A stretch of 64,000 nt of DNA from Azolla caroliniana (Eukaryota; Plantae; Polypodiophyta). The stretch spans positions 15,066,001 to 15,130,000 of the forward strand of contig JBHGNT010000007.1 in the NCBI GenBank assembly GCA_043228905.1, written 5' to 3'. This document shows positions 48,760 to 61,342 of the stretch, in pieces. Position numbers and translations under genes: made by a program. Within the stretch, counting starts at the first letter, position 1, and every line of letters begins with the position of its first letter. The notes beneath the pieces were generated by a model, which worked only from the letters and a program-made list of their open reading frames with translations, was not told the DNA's origin and did no database searches.

Positions 48760-49785
48760 CATACCATTGACGCTTCTTCTGTGCTACTTCTCGTAGCACT
48801 TCAATGAGCCCTTGAGATCGACCGACTTCCTCTTTTTGCTTATTGAAGCTCTTCGCTCGTTTTTGCGTGAGCTGCAATCTCGGCATCCAATTTATCTTGG
48901 ATTGCCTTTACGACCTTTCGTCCCTTACCCTGGATATCCGACTCACGATCCGATGATTGTCGGAATTCGGAGCAGAGTCGCTCGATCTCCATCTTGGCGA
49001 TTTCTGTCGATCTTTTCTCTTTGGCCACTATCGTCGTATGTGTTTCGACCTCCTCATGGAGTTTTTGTAGTTCAGGTGTGAGGGAGGCTATGGTGGTGGT
49101 AGATTTCGGTCTTTCTTGCAAGTAGCATTCTTACTCCGTGATCTTCTTCTGGGCCTCCTCTAACTGTTGCTTTGCGAATTTTTCAACCTTTCTCACAGTT
49201 TTGTTGTTGCAGACCATGTTCTTGGTGTTGATTCGATTCGTAGCAAGCTCCTTGCATGTACCTTGACTAAGGCGGTGTTTAACGGAGGCAATTCAATTCC
49301 TACACGGAGTTCAGTTGCATTCCTCCTCTGGCCGATCCTGGCTAAGGGCCGTTCATCGTCACTTTTGACTATTCTAGCTAGAGTGCCCTCGATCATTTGC
49401 CTTTTGGCATGTTTCTCTGCCATGCATTGTGAGACCTTTATTTGTTGTGTGGCCAAGAACTCCATTAGTTCGAAAAAGATGCCAAATTGTAACAAGGCCG
49501 TGAATTCATGGGCTACAACCAATATCTGTGGGTGGGCCATTACGACACTCTCCGGCGTAAGGACGCCTTTGCCTCTTTTCGTGTTTCCGATCAAGGTTGA
49601 CCACGATAGTGGAATCTCTACGATTATTGTTATAGCCTCGATCGCTACTTCAGTGGTTAGTTGAGGAGCCGTGTCTTTGACCAAACCTCGACCGTCGTTT
49701 CGATCAAGCCAACGACGTTTGACATTAGGGCTGCTTGCTTGCGTGTCAGTCTCTTGCTCCGAAACGGGATTGGATTGCTGCACGT
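48760..49785 (-). pseudogene. Coiled-coil ORF remnants, probably an extra 3' ORF of another old Gypsy
   Basis: ORF pieces 49783-49193 and 49121-48840, the latter Glu/Lys-rich. No recognised domain. Confidence 0.35.
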
Positions 49786-49867
49786 TGTCATGAAGTAGGA
49801 AAGCTTTATATTAAAAGTCTACAATAAGATAAATACATAACTAAAATTAAAAGAATCTTGATAGTAT

Positions 49868-51114
49868 TGTGAAATGCACATAAGAGATCAAAACCAGTCT
49901 TCTTAGCTTCTTACTTCTTAATCAATTTATAGTTGATACAACGGAACCCATTTGGGTTGGCTTGGCTAAAAAGGGTGTGCTAAAAGGGTGGGTCAACTTG
50001 GGTACGTGCATCCTAAAAAGGGTGAGCTAAAAGGGTGGCACAAAGGAACACATGCACACCACATTTCCCCCTTGCGAGAAACAAGAGATTGAGGGGCATG
50101 AACAAGAATAGGACAGGTACATGAACAAGAACAAGAACAAGAACAAGAACAAGAACAATGGCTTGTCGAAGGAGGGGGAGCATCTGATGGCATGTTTCAA
50201 ATGGAAATCCATGGATGATTCTAGTGTGAGGCGAGGGTTATGCCCATAGAGTGCTCGAAAAGGGTTGATTTGTGCAGCCATCTTGTGTTTGAGGGTCTTG
50301 TTGAGGCGTTCGGTGAAGATGGCATGGGGATGTAAACATCTACGGACACGTAGTTTGAGTTGCAATGACGTTGAGAACATCCCCGTGGAACTGTTAGCCT
50401 TGATAGTTGGACGAGGCAAGTGATGGAAAATGAGCTATCAATTGGCGAATAGAGATCAATCACTCCTGTGGACTGAGGGCCACCTGGAATTTGCTGAGGT
50501 GGGGGATAGGAGGGCTATCGTCTCGAAGGGGGATCAAGGAAAGATCATATGGCGGCGAAGATCAATCGCTCCTGTGGACTAAGGCCCACCTAGACTTGGC
50601 TGAGGTGGGGGACAGGAGGGCTATCGTGTCAGAGGGGTATTGGGGAAAATATCATTTGGCAAAGAAAGATCAATCGCACTTGTGGACTAAGGGCCACCTG
50701 GACTTGGCTGAGGTGGGGGATAGGAGGGTTATCGTGTAGGAGGGGGATCGGAGAAACTCATGGGACAAGAAGTTAGAGGGCAACCTAAGGTGAGGGGGAA
50801 GAGTTGGTTGGGCAAGACATAAAAGTGGTGTGAGAAAGTGAGAGAGTCTAAGGTGAAGGTGTAGTGGGCTTGCATGCTAGAGAGGTATAGATGGCGATCG
50901 CAAAAAGAAACTTGGATGGAGGAAGAGGTGTGAAATGCACATAAGAGATCAAAACCATTCTACTTAGCTTCTTACTTCTTAATCAATTTATAGTTGATAC
51001 AACGGAACCCATTTGGGTTGGTTTGGCTAAAAAGGAGGGTGGGTCAACTTGGGTACGTGCATCCTAAAAAGGGTGAGCTAAAAGGGTGGCACAAAGGAAC
51101 ACATGCACACCACA
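49868..51114 (-). mobile_element. TRIM-sized non-autonomous LTR element with integrase trace
   Basis: Direct repeats 49868-50063 and 50929-51114 (TG...CA). PPT AAGGGGGAAA on the minus strand next to 50063. Remnant TERLNKTL...PFRALYG. Three repeats of about 107 bp at 50454-50750. Confidence 0.85.
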
Positions 51115-51825
51115 ATATTTTATACATAAAGATTATATTAAAGGACTATAATAGTATTATACATTATATGTAGAGGTGAATAAAGTAAAACACTATATTA
51201 TACGGACAAGAAGGTATATGTCGAGGCTACACAAAGAAAAAGACTAGTATTACATGCACAAGAGAGAACTTGAACCCACAACCTCAACTTTATGGGCCTC
51301 AAAGACTACCACTTAGCCAATACTCACAAAAGAGACTATCCCTTTTCTATAAAAAGAGAAGGGGGTGTAGTCACAAAGAGATAAAAGAAATAAGATTGAA
51401 TAGAATTATATTGGATCAAGAGAGAATTATAAGTAAAAGATATATCATAATAGAGAAAGAGGGAGAGAAAGGTATCCTTAAAAGACAAGAGAAGAACTAG
51501 CTTGGTGGTTGTGGTCCTCAACTCACAACGGAAGGGCGGTGGTTTGATTTTTATCCTCGTCAAAATATTGAAGGGACGATTATGGTCTACTATCAAGAAA
51601 GGGAAGAGCGGTTACCTTGTGAGACAAAAATCGAAGGTTCAACGATGCTCGCAACCATTTTGTAACTCTTTCATGATAATGATTATAAATTTCCTACATT
51701 TTCTCAAATATCATTTTATATCTTATCTTGCCATATCTTATATTCCTTAAAATTCCTACCTTGTCATATCTTGTTGATCTCAATTTACTGTATCTCTCCT
51801 TTTTCATCTCTTCCCTCCATAATCC

Positions 51826-53151
51826 CAGCGATTCCATATGTCTCGGCCGTCGGCAGCTTAATGTACGCAATGGTGTGTACCCAACCAGATATCGGATACG
51901 CAGTCGGAGTTGTGAGCCGGTTTATGAGCAATCCCGACAATGAGCATTGGAATGCGGTAAAATGGATACGCCGGTACTTGAGAAAGGCACCTCAAGTATG
52001 TGTCTCCGATTCGGTTCAAGTAAACCCCAACTTGATGGTTTCATTGATTCGGATATGTCGGCTGATGCGGATACCAGCCGGTCAACATTGGGATATGTTA
52101 TGACATATGCATGAGGAGATGTTTCGTGGCATTCGAGGCTACAGAAGATGGTTGTGTTGTCAACCATAGAGGCGGAGTACATGGCAACTGTGGAAACCGG
52201 CAAGGAAATACTATGGATGAAGGATTTCATCGAAGAGCTAGGGATCCGACAGGAGGAATACCGACTCTATTGCGACAGTCAAAGTGCCATCCACCTTGCG
52301 AAGAACACGGCGTATCATTCTAGGATGAAGCACATCCAACGGAGGTACCACTGGATCCGGGAGCGAGTGGAAGATTGAGAGTTCGTGCTGACGAAGATCC
52401 ACACGGAGGAGAACGGGTCGGATATGCTGACCAAAGTGCTGACACCCGACAAACTTGATGCATGCAGGAAGAGGATCAGATTGACAAGGCATCCCATGCC
52501 AGAGTGAAGGGGGAGTTTGTTAGGATTTCGGTCCCTCCGGATGGGATATGAGTACCCGGCAACGAAAGACCCGATGAGAATTGGATGATGAGTACCCAGC
52601 AACGGAAGACCCGGTGAGAACCGGATGATGAGTACCCTGCAAGGAAGACTCAGTGAGAACTAGATGATGCAGGCCCGGTGAGAACCTCTCACCGGATGAA
52701 GGGAGCCCATTGGGGCTATATTTGTAAATAGCCCGAAAGTCATATTAGTGTAAATATGACCTACGACGAACTCTTTTGAGTGTATCATTGTGTAGTCATT
52801 ATTTTGTATAGAGTTATTGGTGTAATTGCTGTACAAAGCGTAGCAGAAGAAAAGAGAGAGAGAGAGAAAGCGAGACAGTGTGTGTCTTTGTTGTAACTTC
52901 CGCCAGGAGAAATTTGAGAGAAAGAGGTCGTGGCCTCTGTGTTCATCTGTTGTATTCCTCTCTATATAGTGGTAGTTGGAGTTTGGGGATTCCCGTGGTT
53001 TTTCCCGTTTTAGGGTTTTCCACGTTAACATCCTGTGCATTCACTTCAGTCTGTGTACTTACTTCCATTTCTTATCTTTCTGTGTTTGATTATCATTGAA
53101 ATGATCTAAGTCTCGGTTGTGGCCGAAGATTATTCCGCATAGTTCTTGTCA
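51826..53151 (+). mobile_element. Copia 3' fragment: RNase H remnant, PPT and 3' LTR (52518-53151)
   Basis: PYVSAVGSLMYAM, STIEAEY and CDSQSAIHLAKN. PPT GAAGGGGGAG. LTR related to 61343-61973 and carrying repeats of about 39 bp. Confidence 0.85.
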
Positions 53152-56100
53152 CTCCGGTACGTGCCAAGAAGAGAGAATGTGAGATTTGGGCAATGGTGAT
53201 CAGTATGACTCCTCAACGCCGAGCATGTCTGTTTCTTTGTACTCGAATCATTGTTGGCACCCAATCCACCATATCATTCATTTTTTCTTTGCTTTACGAT
53301 GACTTGTTGTCATGACCCCTTGCTCTCTTCTTGAGGATAATCGTTTAAGTCTCATGAACGCTCCACCTTTGTCTCGATCATCTGCTTGCTCAAGGCACTT
53401 TCACTCGTTCACAGTAGTGTCTTTGATAGATGTTTTGATCACATCCTTCGGATCCTCATGGCTTGCTTGGCCATCGCCATCCCTTGTCATATTTTGCTCA
53501 AACTCTTTGTTGCACATATCAGCTTTAACCCTTGCTTCTTCCCCATCACTATCCTTCTCTTGGGTCTTACATCGGTTAATGTCGAAGTCTCTAGAATGAG
53601 TGTGGAGGGACCCATACATTTCCATTGTTTGCCTTTTTCGTGCTGCACTTAGACATTTCCATCTTAAAGTTGCTCGAATCAGCATTGACCTTTGCCTCCT
53701 CGCCGCTAGCTTCCGTCTGTTGGGTCTTACATCGGTTAATGCCCAAGTCTCTAGAACTAGTGCGGGGAAAAGCTTTTCATGGCCAGTCACCATCTTTGCC
53801 TTGACGTCATTTTCCATAGCTATTCCTTCAAACTCATGGGCCTTGTACCCATTGATCCTTTTTATTGAGCAATCCTTTATTATGCTTCTCTCTTCACCAC
53901 ATGTATTAGTTTTGACCTTCGGTTCTTCGCCATCACCTCTCGTCTCTTGGGTCTTACATCGGTTCTCGGATGCAATTGTCCAAGTCTCTAGAACAAGTGT
54001 GGAGAAAATTTGGCCATCATCATTGGTTGTATTATCTTGGTCCTTCTCTTCCTTTTCGCCACCATCCGTCTCTTGGGTCTCACGTTGGCTCCCAGACGCA
54101 ACTGCCCAAGTCTCTAGAGGAAGTGTTAGGAAAGTCTCCACATGATCGTACGCCATCGACTCATTCATAGCCATCTAGGACTCGATGTCGTTTTTCATGT
54201 ATATCTCTTCAATATCATGGGCTTCGCACCCATTGACCCTCTTGATTGAACACGCTTCAATTATGCTTCTCTCTTTAGCTTTGACCTTTGGTTCTTCACC
54301 GTCACCTCCCGTCTCTTGGGTCTCACGTTGGTTAGCGGACGCAACTGCCCAAGTCTTTGGAACAAGTGCGGAGAAAATCTGGCCATGGTCGTTGTCGAGG
54401 CTTGTTGTTTTGTTCATAGCCACCTCCTCCATGTTGACTTTAGTGGCTAGATCCTCTATCATGTCGACCTCACACTCTTTATCTCCCTTGATGCAAGCTT
54501 TGATTTGGCTTGCTCCATCATCCGTTGTTTCGACCATGATGCATGTTCCGAAACATTTGTCCTCCTTTGAAATGGCCGTCATTGTCCTCGAGTTATCATC
54601 AATCTTCTTTTCATTTAGGTTGTTTTGTTTAGACGGCTCAACTTCTTTAGATGGTCTTGTTTTCTCTATGACCTACCTTACCAAGTCAATACCATCAAGC
54701 CATTGATGACGCCTGTCGATCTTGTTGCATGCTTGCTTCACCGCAACCCAATCCGCCACAAGGCCGTTTGGTTGGGTATCATCTTCGAGGAGAGTCCCCA
54801 ACTCTCGTCTATCCTTCATGTCCACAAATTTCAAGATGTACAAAGTTTTGTCCTCCTCCAATAGCACTTGGTCTGTGTTGGGGAGACGACTAAACATTTG
54901 GTCGAACTTGTCGTACACCCTCGAGGCACTCATCTTCTTATTCTTCTTTTCTATCCACTTCATCAAGGCATGTCGAGTTATTCTTGTCCAGTCTTTTGTT
55001 GCGAAGTCCGCTAATATTGCTTTCTCAAACTCCGACCATGTTGACTTCCCTTCTTGAAGCTCGATGACACGCCTTTGGACGTTGTTGGCGACCACTCTCT
55101 TGAGACTTGCGATTTGACGTGCTTCAGACACGTCCCTTTGATTCATTTCCCTTTTGTATGCATCAAGGAACTTCGCAATGTTCCTTCCATCAAATTGACC
55201 CTCGAGCTCCACGACACGGTCGTTGGCCTTTCCCACGCTTGCATCGTTGTCTCGAGATCTCATCATTTCTTCAATGATCAACATCATCCTTTCGAACTCT
55301 CCCGCTTGATTGCTTGAGGATGCCATCTCCATGTTTCGGTCAATCCTTGATTTGATCCTTCCTACCACCTCTTTCACGTCGCGTTCACCACTTAATTATG
55401 TCGTGAAGATCCGTCACTACGTGCAGATCACGAGGCGGAACCGTCAGGGTTCTAGACCGGAATGATTTGAAGTTGCACTAGTTTTAGCAAGAAGGGAGAG
55501 ATTGAAATAAGATAGAACGCTTGACTTTAGATTGAGAGAGATTAAGATTGATACTCATGACTTTACATCAATTGGATAATGAATTATCTTCTTAATATTA
55601 ATTATGATATAAAGTAAAAGCTCCCTTTGATCTTTTTCATCCACCCTTTTATAGATGCTCCCATGCGTATGATGCATGTGAGGGTACAAGACATGCATAC
55701 AATGCATGGAATGCATGTGATGCATGTTTGCCATTTGGCGCTCAGGCATCACATGTCACTCAATCAAGCTCTAATATGAGAATTTACATGTTAAGCTATA
55801 ATGATAAACATATGATCCCTAAAGAAATGACTTAGCTAAATGGTAAGACTATTGCTTCCTATCTTGGAGGTGCAAAGTTTGAGTGTTGCTTACATCTTTT
55901 TCTTTTATGCACAAAATACTAATAGGCTTTTGTACCAAATATCTTTAAGACACCATGCACCGCGATCAACTGACCTGACTGATCCGTCCAATTTGCATCC
56001 GTTTGGTCCGGCCCTATCTGCCTCCCGAGTCGCTTGCTTGTTGCCGCCGGCTCGCCAGCTCCGTCACCGGTTGCCGTCGGTTTTGGTTGGCCAAAAACAT

Positions 56101-56491
56101 TTACAAGTAGTTAGGCCACACCCACTCATCCAATTAGCTTAGTTCAAGTTCCCTTGAACTCTCAATGCTCCACACATAGACACAAAGATAATAGCTTTTG
56201 CTCTGCCTTATATATGGTGAGATTCTTATTTCTCCTGTCTATGTGGGATATCTCATAGTTTTATCTTTCTCTTTTCCTTTGCAAACTTCTTACCCACATA
56301 ACTTGAGACTTAAATGTTCGTTTCTTATGTAGTAAAGTGCATTTGAAAGCTCTTGAAGACCTCTATCTTTTTGTACCAAGATATTAAACTTATTTAAAAT
56401 AGTATTTTGACTATTATTTTTTTATATGATTCATACTCGATTTCGTATGTTTTATGCGATTTTCACACCATTGCCGAAAATCTTTACGACA
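53152..56491 (-). mobile_element. Non-autonomous tRNA-Trp-family derivative: 5' LTR 55399-56491, PBS, gag N-terminus, repeat-filled ORF
   Basis: PBS TGGTGAACGCGACGTGAA at 55373-55390. ORF 55377-54673 is homologous to the N-terminus of Gag 6634-8760. Pre-PPT sequence at 53152-53190 matches 9646-9680. Confidence 0.85.
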
Positions 56492-56599
56492 CCGTACCCT
56501 ATCTTCACCGAGTTCAAGAAGTTGTTGCAGTCGTAGTTGTTCTGACTATTTTTCGAGAAGGCGTTCCTGAATCTGTATCTGCAATCTCGAAATCTAGAA

Positions 56600-58930
56600 C
56601 TCGACATTACGACTTTGAGTCCAAATGGTAACCAGAATGACATGGACTAGATACTAGTTTTGAAGCTTGTTCGATATGCCCATAAGGCGTTATGAAACTT
56701 TGTATCCCAATCCGTGCGGTTTTCATGGACGATCTTCTTTAAAATGTTTTGCAAGGTTTTATTCGTCAACTCCGCGAGTCCATTCGCCTGTGGGTAGTAT
56801 GGGGTACTCTTTTGTGGACAATGGCATAGTGGTTGGTGAGCTTGTGAATTACCGTATTTAGGAAGTGGCCTTCTTGGTCGCTAATGAGTTCGATAGGACA
56901 TCTGAAACGACACAAAATTTTTGTGGTGGATGCCTCCGTGTTTGATTTGACCCATTTGGTGCAGTAATTTGTTGTGACCAAAACATATTTGTTACCCGTG
57001 TGCCTCCAGGTAAATGGGCCGACGAAATCGAGACCCCATTTTTGGAATGACTCTAATGGGAGCACGAGCTGATGTAGCATTCGGGCTCACTTCGTAGGTT
57101 GTCCCATTTGTCACATTCTTGACAATATGCTTGGGCGTCCTTCTATGTTGTTGGCCACCAAAGCCCACCTTGCCATATCTTCCGTGCGGTAGTGTCACCC
57201 ACGTAATGGCGTCTGACTATACCGCAATGGGCCTCTCATAGTACGACTTCCTTCTTATCATTCTGAACACACCTTCGCCAAATGCCATCGCTTCCCTTGT
57301 GGTACAAGGTTCCTTTTAATCGCTTCTTCTCGTCCGTTCGCATTCATGGAGGTGGTAGGCCTGTGTTTAAAAAATGGCTCATATCCTCCAATCATTTGTC
57401 ATTAGGTGACGATTTGTTAGCCTCAACGTCGCTTGCTGAAATGCAGAGGATTCCACTATCCGGAAAGTCATCATCCCCTTCGACAACATCCTCGCCATTT
57501 TTTATACTGCTTAGATAATCAGCCATGACATGCTGAGCACGTGGCTGATGCTGGATTTTGAATTTGAATTCTTGCAGTAGCAACATCCATCGTGCTAGCT
57601 TCCCTGTAAGTGATTGCTTCGAAACTAAATAGAGGAGGGCCACATGATCCACGTGAAAGACGAATTTCCAGCCTAGAAGGTAGTGTCAAAAGTTGTTGAT
57701 GCTATATATCATACCAAGGGCTTCCCGCTCAGTCATGGAGTAGTTACGCTCGGCAACCGACAGTTTTCAGCGGGAGTAGTAAACTGGCCGATACCAATTT
57801 GGCTAAGTTAACTGCATCAATGCGTTGCTGATGGTTATGTCTGATGCATCCACAAACACGTGGAACGGTCGCGTTCAGTCCGATGGCTGTACTACCAGTG
57901 CCTGTGTGAGGATTACCTTTAATGTCATGTACACCTTGTCCTCCATCTCTGTCCAACTAAACGGTGTCACAAAATCCAATTGTGCCAACGGATCTGCCCT
58001 AGAAAACGACTTAGGGCCTTTGCATTCTTCGGGGTTGGGGCCTCAATGATGGTCTTGATCTTTCTTGGATCAAATGCAATGCCTTCCCAACTTACTATGT
58101 GACCGAGGAGAGCCCTGTTGGTTACGCTGAACGCGCATTTGGCTGGATTAAGGCTAAGTTGTGATGAGCCACATCGCTCTAAACAAAACTGGAGGTGTCA
58201 TAAATGCTCGTTCCATGCGCCGTAAACTATGAAGTCATCAAGGAAGACCTGCATGAAAGCACGTGTGTATTCACTGAAGATTTTTGTGATGATGCATTGA
58301 AATGTTGTGGGTGATATTTTAAGCCAGAACATCATGACCACCATTATGAACACACCCCAATCCATCACAAAAGTAATCTTTTCCTCATCGTCAGGATGCA
58401 TGGAGATATGATTATAGCTGTTGAAACCATCCAAAAAGCTATACATTTTGTGCCCAACTATGACGTCGAGTATGCCATCAACGAACGGAAGGGGAAAAGC
58501 ATATGTAATCGTTACCGCGTTGAGTTTCCAGTAGTTTCCCGTTCTTCTTGGGTACAACTACAATTGGACTCAGCCATGTTGCCTGCTTGATTGGTCTGAT
58601 GAACCCGACTTTCAAGAGCTTATCGATTTCTTCTTTTATGCATGCCGCGTAGTTCGGGTTCATGTGGTAGCGCCTTTGCTGCACAGGTTTTGAATCCATT
58701 GCTGGTAAAACTTGGCATCTAGCCCCTTCATATCTTCATGTGACCATGCAAACACATGAGGATATGTTTATATTCGTGCAATAGGTCGATCATGCCTGCC
58801 TTTTCCGAAGGATGTAGGTCCTTCACTATTAAGAGGGATCGCAACGCATTGGCAATCCTGACATTGATTTCTTCTAAGGCCGATGTCGTGACACATCCAG
58901 AGATTTCCCTTTCCAGATCGAATACGTCCC
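56600..58930 (-). pseudogene. pol: Old degenerate RT-RH-IN related to pol 36961-40810
   Basis: MNPNYAACIKEEIDKLLKVGFIRP, LDGFNSYN, FLDD, DHVALLYLVSK and WGLDFVGP. Confidence 0.9.
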
Positions 58931-58933
58931 GCG

Positions 58934-59327
58934 TGTCACATTCTAGTCTCGAACCTCTGACTTTTAACACACATAGTACATTGTGTTGTGTTAACCATAT
59001 GGAAACTCTTGTGAACTGTCCACATTCAATTGTGAGCTTGTATATATTGTAGAGTCTAGTATATAGTAGATTCGAGAATATTCTAGTTGTTAGTATATTC
59101 TAGAATTATTTTGTGGTATATTCTAAACGTGTATATTCTCGAGATATTTCTCGAGTATATTCTAGAGACATTCAATGTTAGAAACTGTATAAATACTTGT
59201 AACATCATTGGTCCCTTTCAAGGGATTGAACACCAGAATACGTAGCCTGATGTCCACTTCCGATTGTTTGCATTGCCACCATAGTTGGAGTTGGTGTATG
59301 TTAGAGTTATGATCTAAAGTAAGCATA
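58934..59327. repeat. Probable LTR fragment
   Basis: Starts TGTCACA at an abrupt break in pol. AT-rich, with TTCTAG repeats and TATAAA. No partner in the window. Confidence 0.35.
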
Positions 59328-60483
59328 TGATAAGGATAAAAGATAGATAGATAGAAAGGAGAGAGAGAAAGAAGGGTGCCGATCCACCCGACCAGCCTTG
59401 AGCAAAGGGATGGAGACGGACTCAAGCCTCGATTGGCGTCCCATACCATCGTTGTGGCATCGAGTCGTACCTGGTGCTGGCACGCTCGCTACGAGAGTTG
59501 ACCCACCACAAAATAGAGTCTCGATGTAGTCAAGATATGATGAAATGAGGGTAGCTAGGCCTCATATTTATAGAGATACCCAAGGCCCCCAGGCAAGTTC
59601 ACACTTGGCCTAACGGGTTGTCTCAATCCCGAGGATTAAAAGTAATCCACCCCTTCTTTACACTATCGTTTAACCCTCACAATTATCCACGTGTATAGAA
59701 TACTATGGTAAATTTTCACCACAAGATATTATATGGTCATTCCCATAACATACTCCTACTCTTTAAAACATTTCACTCTTGCAATGGAAAGTTAGGGAAG
59801 TTAGTTCTAAGAGTATTTTCGCGTTCCCATGTGGCATCGTTGATAGATTTATCCATCCATTTAATTTTAAATTCTCGGATTATTTTAGTATGCAGATTTT
59901 TTGTTTTAACATCGAGAATTCTTTCTAGTACATGTGGTTTAGAAGATAATTCTTTAGAAGTAACCAGAGTTTCAGTTGTAACTGTATTGTTGCCAAAACC
60001 TAGAAGTTCTTTTAGACGACCTACATGAAAAAGTGGATGAATTTCAACGCCATCGGGAAGAGCGAGACGATAGGTTGATGAACCAATGCGTTTGAGGACG
60101 TGAAAAGGTCCACAAAACCGTGGGGCTAACTTAGCGCACTTACCCGTAGACAATGTCTTAGAATTTTGAGGTACACGTAAAAATACCTTCTGTCCAGGGT
60201 TGAATACACAAGGTTGCCTATTATGATCGGCGTAAAAACACACTCTTTCTTAAGAAGTTTTTATATTATCTCGTGCAATATGCAACATATCTTGCATATC
60301 CTGAAGAAAGTTTTGCGTACTTCGCAAATCATCATGATGTATATTAACATCAATCAGGGCTCGTGGATGAAAACCATACATCAACATAAAAGGACTATAT
60401 CCTGTTGACGTATGCTTGGAGCTGTTAGAAGCAAACTCCAAAATTGGGAGATAACGTTCTCATTTTGTTGGTTTTGCACCAAC
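59328..60483 (-). mobile_element. Chromovirus 3' fragment: integrase tail, chromodomain and probable 3' LTR (59328-59770)
   Basis: KLAPRFCGPF, IHPLFHVGRLK and ERILDVK...IKW...DATWE. The LTR's left boundary is inferred. Confidence 0.8.
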
Positions 60484-60857
60484 GGTTGAGAAAACAAGGG
60501 AGAAATATGAAGTACTGAAGAAGAAGATTGTATATTAACAAGGAGAATATCAATTACAAAAATGTAGCATTACAAGGGATGACAACTGACACCTTATGAA
60601 GTGGGAAGAGGGTGCTTTATATAAGGTCCCCCTGTCTCTTCATTAACTCCACCACAACAACCACTCTATCTTGGGGAATGTGAAGACTAATTAGTCATGG
60701 GGAATATGGAATTAATTAGTTATGTGTAATAGAATATAATTCTATGACACATAGTTAATGTGTAGAGAGTAGTGGTGTGACTTTTGACCTTTGAGTGTTG
60801 ATAGATTCCTAAAGGGTGTGTTCACACACAATGCTAGGTTGAGCTTGATTCTCAACA
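60484..60857. repeat. Probable LTR (Copia-like)
   Basis: Termini (G)GTTGAG...CTCAACA, internal TTATATAA. Truncates the chromovirus pol. Confidence 0.45.
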
Positions 60858-61219
60858 AATACCTTATCTTGTTTTGACGAGTTAGTCGATTCAACTCTAT
60901 CCTTTACGTTTCTTATCAATCTTCTAGTCGAATCAATTTGGACTAGTGGACCTCTTGCCGATTCAGATTCGGCAAGGGGGTCACTAGCTCAGTCGATTTG
61001 GACTATTTGTCGAATCTTTGACTGATTGACTCCTCCAAGGTATTAGTCATCCTAATATCCGGTGGTATGGGATGTCAATGGTAGATTGTCTATGTCTTGA
61101 TCATAGCTCAAGGGTGGTCGGGTGGAACAGTTTCTTCTATCTAATATATTTACCTTAGTTTGCTCTTTTGATTAGTATAGACTTTTAATAGGTTGGTTCC
61201 ATTTAGAGAGAATTGAATC

Positions 61220-61342
61220 TTCATTGAGGACTACATCAATATTCTAGATCATTTCCAGTTCTCTGGGTCCCGTAGCCAATAGTTGAAGTCCCCATCGGTT
61301 CCATAAGCGAGAAATATACAGTTAAGTGCATTAGGTGCCAAC
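61220..61342 (-). pseudogene. Old Copia integrase C-terminal trace
   Basis: LAPNALNCIFLAYGTDGDFNYWLRDPE resembles KLAPRSRKCIFLGYGSDGEMGYRLWDPE. Confidence 0.65.

Noticed and set aside
49786-56491. Single element bounded by ACGT/CCGT flanks
   Set aside because: The sequence starting TGTCATGAAG at 49786 does not match LTR 55399-56491 beyond about 10 nt. It may be a separate old LTR ending near 51678, but this is unsupported.
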